Shown here piece by piece: positions 57,552 through 64,000 of a stretch of DNA of 64,000 nucleotides (positions are counted from its first letter, which is position 1; each line of letters starts with the position of its first letter). The translations under genes and the position numbers were made by a program. The notes beneath the pieces were generated by a model. The model ran no database searches and had not been told where the DNA came from. It saw nothing but the letters and a program-made list of their open reading frames with translations. Origin of the DNA: Gemmatimonadales bacterium (GTDB lineage: Bacteria; Gemmatimonadota; Gemmatimonadetes; Gemmatimonadales; GWC2-71-9); assembly GCA_037189525.1 (NCBI GenBank), contig JBBCJC010000003.1, positions 352,001-416,000 on the forward strand. Reading direction: 5' to 3'.

Positions 57552-60500
57552 CATCTCTTCGGTGCTCCTGATCGGCTCCGGCCCCATCGTGATCGGTCAG
57601 GGGGCCGAGTTCGACTATTCCGGAACGCAGGCGGCGCGCGCGCTCAAGGAAGAGGGATACCGGGTCATCCTGGTCAACTCGAACCCTGCCACCATCATGA
57701 CGGATCCCGAGGTGGCGGACCGGACCTACATCGAACCGGTGACGCCGGAGTGGGTCGAGAAGATCATCGCGCGGGAGCGGCCCGATGCGCTGCTCCCGAC
57801 GATGGGTGGGCAGACCGGCCTCAACGTCGCGATGGAACTGTATCGCTCGGGTGTGCTCACCAAGTACGGGGTGGAGCTGATCGGCGCCAACGAGCGCGCC
57901 ATCCGGGTGGCCGAAGACCGCGATGAGTTTGCCAAGGCCATGCGCCGAATCGGTCTGGCCACGCCTGAAGGGATGACCGTCCAGTCCGTCGAGGAAGGTC
58001 TGGCCTCGGTCGAGCGCACCGGCTTTCCGGCCATTCTGCGCCCGTCGTTTACGCTGGGCGGTACCGGTGGCGGCATTGCCTACAACCGCGAAGAGTTCGA
58101 GGTGATGCTCAAGCGGGGCCTCGAGGCCTCGCCGGTCGGGTCGGTGCTGGTCGAGCGCAGCATCATCGGCTGGAAAGAGTACGAACTCGAGGTGATGCGC
58201 GACGGCGCCGACAACGTGGTGATCGTCTGCTCGATCGAGAATATCGATCCGATGGGTGTCCACACCGGTGACTCGGTGACCGTCGCCCCGGCGATGACGC
58301 TCTCCGATCGCGAGTATCAGGTGATGCGCGACGCCGCTTGCGCCATCATCCGGGAAATCGGGGTCGAGGCCGGCGGATGCAACGTCCAGTTCGCGGTCGA
58401 TCCCGAGACGGGTGAGCAGTTGGTGATCGAAATGAATCCGCGGGTCTCGCGGAGTTCGGCGCTGGCGTCCAAGGCCACCGGATTTCCGATTGCGCGGATC
58501 GGTGCGAAGGTAGCGGTCGGCTATACGCTCGATGAACTGCCGAACGACATCACCAAAACGACGCCGGCCAGTTTCGAGCCGGTGCTCGACTACGTCGTGG
58601 TCAAGATTCCGCGCTTTGCCTTCGAGAAGTTCCCCGCGGCAGACCCCGGACTCACCACGCAGATGAAGTCGGTCGGCGAGGTCATGGCCATCGGGCGGAC
58701 CTTCAAGGAAGCGTTCCAGAAGGGGTTCCGCGGCCTGGAGATCGGCCGGTCGGGCTGGGTGATCGGCGAAACGCTGGCGGACGATCGGCTGGAGGACCTG
58801 AGCCGCGAGTCGATCCTGGCCGGTCTGCGCAAGCCCACGCCCGAGCGCTTCTTTCAGATCAAACATGCGCTCCTGGCGGGCGAGTCGGTCGAGACGATTG
58901 CCGAATGCTCGCGGATGGATCCCTGGTTCCTCCATCAGTTCCGTGAACTGGTCGAAGCCGAACAGCATTTTGCCGCGGAATGGCCCGGCGTAAGCGGGTC
59001 CGATCCGGCGGCCCGCGCGCTGGTCAGGCGGATGAAGCGGATGGGCTTTTCCGATCGCCAGCTGGGCGACCTGGCCGGCCTGTCCGAGACGGCGATGCGG
59101 CATCGCCGCTGGGCGCTCGGGATCCGGCCGGTCTACAAGATGGTCGATACCTGCGCAGGGGAATTCCCCTCGGCGACGCCCTATCTCTACTCGTGCTACG
59201 ACGAAGAGACCGAAGCCGGCGCCGTCGGCGACAAGACCATCATCATTCTGGGCAGCGGGCCCAACCGGATCGGGCAGGGCGTCGAGTTCGACTACTGCTG
59301 CGTCCGGGCGGTGATGGCGCTTCGCGAGCTGGGCTACCGCACCGTGATGGTCAACTCGAATCCGGAAACGGTCTCGACCGACTTCGACATGTCGGATGCG
59401 CTCTACTTCGAGCCGCTCACACTCGAAGACGTGCTCGAGATCGTCAACCTGGAGCAGCCCCTCGGCGTGGTGGTGCAGTTCGGCGGGCAGACCCCGCTTC
59501 GCCTGGCGCGTGGGCTCGAGGCCGAGAATGTGCCGATCCTGGGCACCTCGCCGGAAGCGATCGACGCGGCCGAAGATCGAGGCCGGTTCGAAGCGCTGGC
59601 GCGAGAACTGGGCGTGGAGCAGCCGCCCAACGGGACGGCCTTGTCGCTGGATCAGGCCCTGATCGAGGCGGAACGGGTCGGCTACCCGGTGCTACTCCGG
59701 CCGTCCTACGTGCTCGGCGGGCGCGCGATGCAGGTGGTCTACGACGCCCAGTCGCTCGAAGAATTCTTTGCGGCGGCCGTGCGGGTGGCACCGGGTCATC
59801 CGGTGCTGATCGACAAGTTCCTCGAAGATGCTTTCGAGGCCGACGTCGATGCGCTGTCCGACGGGACGCGGTGTATCATCGGTGGCGTGATGCAGCACAT
59901 CGAGGATGCCGGTGTCCACTCCGGCGACTCGGCGTGCGTGATGCCGCCCTATCTGATCACCGAAGCGCAGGTCGAAGAGATGCGCGAGTACTCGAGACAG
60001 TTTGCGCTCAAGCTCGGCGTCGTCGGATTGATGAACGTGCAGTATGCCATCAAGGATGGCCGCGTCTACGTCCTGGAAGTGAATCCGCGGGCGTCACGGA
60101 CGATTCCGTTCGTCTCGAAGACCACCGGTGTGCAGCTGGCCAGCCTGGCGGCGCAGGTCATGACCGGGCGGTCGCTCGAAGAGCTGGGTGTGACGGACGA
60201 TGTGCTCCATCCCTATGTCTCGGTGAAGGAAGCGGTCTTCCCGTTCAGCAAGTTTGCCGGCGTCGATCTGGTGCTCGGACCGGAGATGCGCTCGACCGGT
60301 GAGGTCATGGGGATTGCCGACTCCTTCGGGATGGCGTTTGCCAAGGCGCAGGTCAGCGCCGATGGCGGCCTGCCGCTGGGTGGCGCGATCTTCATCACGG
60401 TCAACGATCCCGATAAGCCCGCCGTGGTGCCGATTGCGCGCCGGTTCCACGAGATGGGTTTCCGGATCCTGGCGACCGAAGGCACCTCCCGCTACCTGCG

Positions 60501-60807
60501 CGCGCGCGGGATCTCGGCCGAACGGACCCTCAAGGTGCACGAAGGTCGCCCGAATGCGGTGGATCTGATCGTGTCAGGGCAGGTCCAGCTGTTGATCAAC
60601 ACCCCGCTTGGTAAGCTGACGCATCGGGACGATCTGGTGCTCCGCCGGACCGCGCTGCAGCACAAGGTTCCGTATACGACGACGATGACGGCGGCCGCGG
60701 CGGCCTCGGATGCGATCATCGCCTTGCGGAGCCGAACCGGTGAGGTGCGGGCGCTGCAGGAGTGGCACGCGTTGGCGCAGAGCTTCACGGCGGAGCTCAA
60801 GGCGTGA
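57535..60807 (+). CDS. carB: Carbamoyl-phosphate synthase large subunit
   Basis: [23 protein letters not shown]; two ATP-grasp domains; MGS domain. Confidence 0.98.
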
Positions 60808-61787
60808 TCACGGCGCGGGACTCCGGCTTCATCGCGACCCTGCGTCAGGCGGTCCGGGGCGAGGTGCGCGCCGAGGAATCGCTGGCGCGTTATTCGACCT
60901 ATCGGATCGGCGGGCCCGCCACAGTGGTGCTGCCGGCCGATCCGGAGGACGTGGTCGCGGCGCTCGGCGTGGCGCATCGGGTTGGGGTTCCGTGGTTCGT
61001 GGTGGGGCTCGGCTCCAATCTCCTCTTTCCCGATGAAGGGTTGGATGCGCTGGTGATCCGGCTGGGGAAGGGGATCGATCGTGCCGACGGCGACGGCGAG
61101 CGCTGGCGCTTCGGGGCCGGATTGCCGGCTCCGCTGGCTGCGCGCAAGACGGCGCAGGCGGGGTTCGGCGGCTTGCATGTCATGGTCGGTGTGCCGGGGA
61201 CAGTGGGTGGCGGGGTCTACATGAACGCCGGGTGTCACGGAGGACAGTGGTCCGACGTGGTCGAGACGGTGGTCGCCGTCGATGGCACGGGCGCGAGCCG
61301 TGTCTTCGCAGCAGGCGAAGTGCCGTTTGCCTATCGTCGGAGCGGGCTCGAAGGATGGATCGTTCTCGAGACCACGGTTCGCCTGACGCCGACCGATCCG
61401 GCCGTCCTGTCCGAACAGGTGGCCGAGCTCTTTGCCTGGCGCCAGAAGGGGACGCCGTTCAACCAGCCCTGTTGCGGCAGCGTCTTCAAGAACCCCGATG
61501 GGGCGGCGGTCGCGGGTCCGGGCGGGACCGTGCTGCGCACGGCGGGACAGCTGATCGAAGGGGCGGGGCTCAAAGGGACCCGTGAAGGCGGCGCGGAAGT
61601 CTCGCCGATGCACGCCAACTACTTCGTCAACACCGGCGGAGCCACGGCCGGTCAGGTCCGGACCTTGATTCTGCGGGCGCGGGACACGGTGGCCGAGCGT
61701 TTCGGCGTTCGGCTCGAACCGGAAGTCAAACTGATCGGGGCGGCGGGCAACTATCTCCCGCTCGATACGGCAGGTACGCATGGCTGA
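60804..61787 (+). CDS. murB: UDP-N-acetylenolpyruvoylglucosamine reductase
   Basis: [47 protein letters not shown]. Confidence 0.95.
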   Translation: MITARDSGFIATLRQAVRGEVRAEESLARYSTYRIGGPATVVLPADPEDVVAALGVAHRVGVPWFVVGLGSNLLFPDEGLDALVIRLGKGIDRADGDGERWRFGAGLPAPLAARKTAQAGFGGLHVMVGVPGTVGGGVYMNAGCHGGQWSDVVETVVAVDGTGASRVFAAGEVPFAYRRSGLEGWIVLETTVRLTPTDPAVLSEQVAELFAWRQKGTPFNQPCCGSVFKNPDGAAVAGPGGTVLRTAGQLIEGAGLKGTREGGAEVSPMHANYFVNTGGATAGQVRTLILRARDTVAERFGVRLEPEVKLIGAAGNYLPLDTAGTHG

Positions 61788-62361
61788 TTATTTCGTGCAT
61801 GAATCGAGTTACGTCGACGACGGGGCGGTCATCGGCGCCGGGACCAAGATCTGGCATTTCAGCCATGTGATGCCCGGAGCGGTCATCGGAGAACGCTGCA
61901 ACCTGGGCCAGAATGTCGTCGTGATGCCCGGCACCCGGATGGGGAACAACGTCAAGGTGCAGAACAACGTCTCGATCTATGAAGGCGTCGATCTCGAAGA
62001 TGACGTGTTCTGCGGACCCAGCTGTGTCTTCACCAATGTGCTCAATCCGCGGAGCCACGTGTCCCGGAAAGACGAGTATCGGCGCACGCTGGTGCGGCGT
62101 GGGGCTACCATCGGCGCCAACGCCACGGTGGTGTGCGGCAACACCATCGGCGAGTACGCGTTCATCGGCGCGGGGGCGGTGGTTCGTGGGGATGTACCGG
62201 CGTACGCTCTGATGGTCGGTGTGCCGGCGCGCCGGGTCGGCTGGATGTGCCGCTGCGGTGTCCGGCTCTCGGTGGTCGGGGGGGCTGCGACCTGCCAGAG
62301 CTGCGGCACGGCCTATCGGGAACGGGACGGCAGTCTGTCCCCGGTTGACGCGCCTGCCTAG
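61780..62361 (+). CDS. Hexapeptide-repeat N-acetyltransferase (WbpD/WlbB-like)
   Basis: [36 protein letters not shown]. Confidence 0.88.
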   Translation: MADYFVHESSYVDDGAVIGAGTKIWHFSHVMPGAVIGERCNLGQNVVVMPGTRMGNNVKVQNNVSIYEGVDLEDDVFCGPSCVFTNVLNPRSHVSRKDEYRRTLVRRGATIGANATVVCGNTIGEYAFIGAGAVVRGDVPAYALMVGVPARRVGWMCRCGVRLSVVGGAATCQSCGTAYRERDGSLSPVDAPA

Positions 62362-62491
62362 CCCCACCTACGCTACTGGTCCGGATGCCTGACCTGTTCG
62401 CGAGCGTGAGTCTCGCTCGAGCTGCCAATTCACGACCGCGGGCCGCCTTCCGGGGCGGTACCGGTCGTTTCGTTTTCGTGAGGATGTCGTC

Positions 62492-63607
62492 GTGACCGTT
62501 CCGATGCTGGATCTGAAGGCGCAGTACCGCACGATCAAGGACGAGGTCGACCGGGCGGTCGCCTCCGTGATCGAGCGGCAGGAGTTCATCATGGGGCGCG
62601 AGGTGGGCGAACTCGAGCGGGCGGTTGCCGCGCTGTCGGCGGCCAAGCACGGGATCGGCTGCGCCAGCGGGACGGACGCGATCCTGCTTCCGCTCAAGAG
62701 TCTCGGTCTCCAGCCCGGCGACGAGGTCATCGCGCCGAGCTTCACGTTCTTTGCTACCGCCGGGGCGATCCACAATGCGGGAGGCACCCCGGTCTTCGTC
62801 GACATCGATCCCGTCACATACTGTATCGATCCGGACGCCATCGCGGCGGCCATCACCCCGAAGACCCGGGCCATCGTGGTGGTGCATCTGTTTGGTCAGA
62901 TGGCCGCCATGGAGCGGATCCTGGCCGTGGCCCAACGGCACGGGCTCCCGGTCCTGGAAGACGGTGCGCAGGCCATCGGGGCTCGGCGGCAGGTCGAGGG
63001 AACCTGGCGGCTGGCCGGCGAACTGGGCTGGTGCGGGACCTTCTCGTTCTTTCCGAGTAAGAACCTGGGCGGGTACGGCGACGGCGGGATGATGGTGACC
63101 CAGGACGATGCCCTGGTCGACCGGCTTCGGAAGCTCCGCCTCCACGGCGGGGCGAAGCAGTACCACCACGAGGAGGTCGGGACCAACAGCCGGCTCGATA
63201 CCCTCCAGGCCGCCGTGCTGCTGGCTAAGCTGCCGCATCTGGCTGCCTGGAGCGAGGCACGCCGGGGCCGGGCAGCCCGGTACACGGAGGCATTGGGCCA
63301 GCATCCGGCCATTTCCACCCCGGTCATCGATCCGGCCAACGAGCACATCTTCCACCAGTACACCCTGCGGGTGCCGCATCGGGACCAGCTGCTGGCCCAT
63401 CTCAAGGACCGCGGCATTGGATGTGCGGTGTACTACCCCGTGGGATTGCATCTGCAGCCGTGCTTCGCGCACCTGGGGTACCAGGCTGGTAGCTTGCCGA
63501 ATACTGAGGCCGCCATGCGGGAGGTCATCTCGCTACCGGTCTATCCCGAATTGGGCGACGAGGCCCTGGATCGGGTCGTGGCGGGCGTGCGGGAGTTTTT
63601 CGGGTGA
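62492..63607 (+). CDS. DegT/DnrJ/EryC1/StrS PLP aminotransferase (WbpE-like)
   Basis: FTFFAT, VHLFGQ, EDGAQAIG, SFFPSKNLG, NSRLD. Confidence 0.92.
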   Translation: MTVPMLDLKAQYRTIKDEVDRAVASVIERQEFIMGREVGELERAVAALSAAKHGIGCASGTDAILLPLKSLGLQPGDEVIAPSFTFFATAGAIHNAGGTPVFVDIDPVTYCIDPDAIAAAITPKTRAIVVVHLFGQMAAMERILAVAQRHGLPVLEDGAQAIGARRQVEGTWRLAGELGWCGTFSFFPSKNLGGYGDGGMMVTQDDALVDRLRKLRLHGGAKQYHHEEVGTNSRLDTLQAAVLLAKLPHLAAWSEARRGRAARYTEALGQHPAISTPVIDPANEHIFHQYTLRVPHRDQLLAHLKDRGIGCAVYYPVGLHLQPCFAHLGYQAGSLPNTEAAMREVISLPVYPELGDEALDRVVAGVREFFG

Positions 63608-64000
63608 GCCGGCTCAAAGTCGGGGTCATCGGGGCCGGGACCTGGGGGCGGAACCACGTTCGGACGCTGGCCACCATGGCCGGGGTCGAGTTGGCAGCGG
63701 TCTGTGATACGTCCGAAGCGGTACGCGCCCGGACGGCCAAGACCTATCCGGGGGCCCTGGTAACGGCCTCGGTATCGGAACTGCTCGACCGGGTCGATGC
63801 GGTAGTGGTGGCCTCGACGGCGCGCACCCATGCCGAACTGGGCATCGCCGCCCTCCGGGCAGGAAAGCCGGTGCTGATCGAGAAGCCGTTTGCGCTGTCG
63901 GGCGCGGACGCGGCGGCGATCGTGGCGGAGAGTGAGCGGGCGCGCGTGCCGGCATTGGTCGGCCACCTGCTCGAGTTCCATCCGGTCATCGATCGCCTCA
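63604..64000 (+). CDS. Gfo/Idh/MocA oxidoreductase, partial (WbpB-like context)
   Basis: GTG 63604: VSRLKVGVIGAGTWGRNHVR...VLIEKP...VGH; runs off the window end. Confidence 0.85.
   Translation, partial: MSRLKVGVIGAGTWGRNHVRTLATMAGVELAAVCDTSEAVRARTAKTYPGALVTASVSELLDRVDAVVVASTARTHAELGIAALRAGKPVLIEKPFALSGADAAAIVAESERARVPALVGHLLEFHPVIDRL

Noticed and set aside
62440..62470. ops/JUMPstart-like GGCGGTAC before the aminotransferase
   Set aside because: Mismatches GGCGGTAGnnTG and is part of a simple GC hairpin; likely chance

Overview
High-GC bacterial chromosomal window. The gene repertoire suggests Gemmatimonadota, but that is inferred and not verified. It is mostly core genome: panB, aroF, smc, rsfS, rpsF-rpsR-DUF2232-rplI, a 2-oxoacid dehydrogenase E1a/E1b/E2 set, trxB, aspA, tRNA-Leu(CAG), smpB, pyrD/pyrF, a detached rpmJ-rpsM-rpsK-rpoA-rplQ operon lacking rpsD, rpmB, gmd/rmd, carB, murB and the start of a wbpDEB-like sugar cluster. 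I saw no CRISPR array, integrase, transposase or prophage. The most interesting elements are: (1) a candidate sigma54 promoter with an upstream palindrome, ahead of a lipoprotein, a stand-alone TPR protein and a paralogous TPR-HD-GYP phosphodiesterase (44974-48611); (2) back-to-back Pho-box-like 11-bp-period repeats between a divergent PAP2 phosphatase and a GT4 glycosyltransferase, a candidate phosphate-starvation lipid remodelling unit; (3) an inositol-lipid operon; (4) a metallopeptidase/beta-propeller/Omp85 fusion linked to a SPOR lipoprotein and smc; (5) a regulator-P450-ferredoxin-panB-CocE operon. All family assignments come from motif recognition by eye, and no database searches were run.
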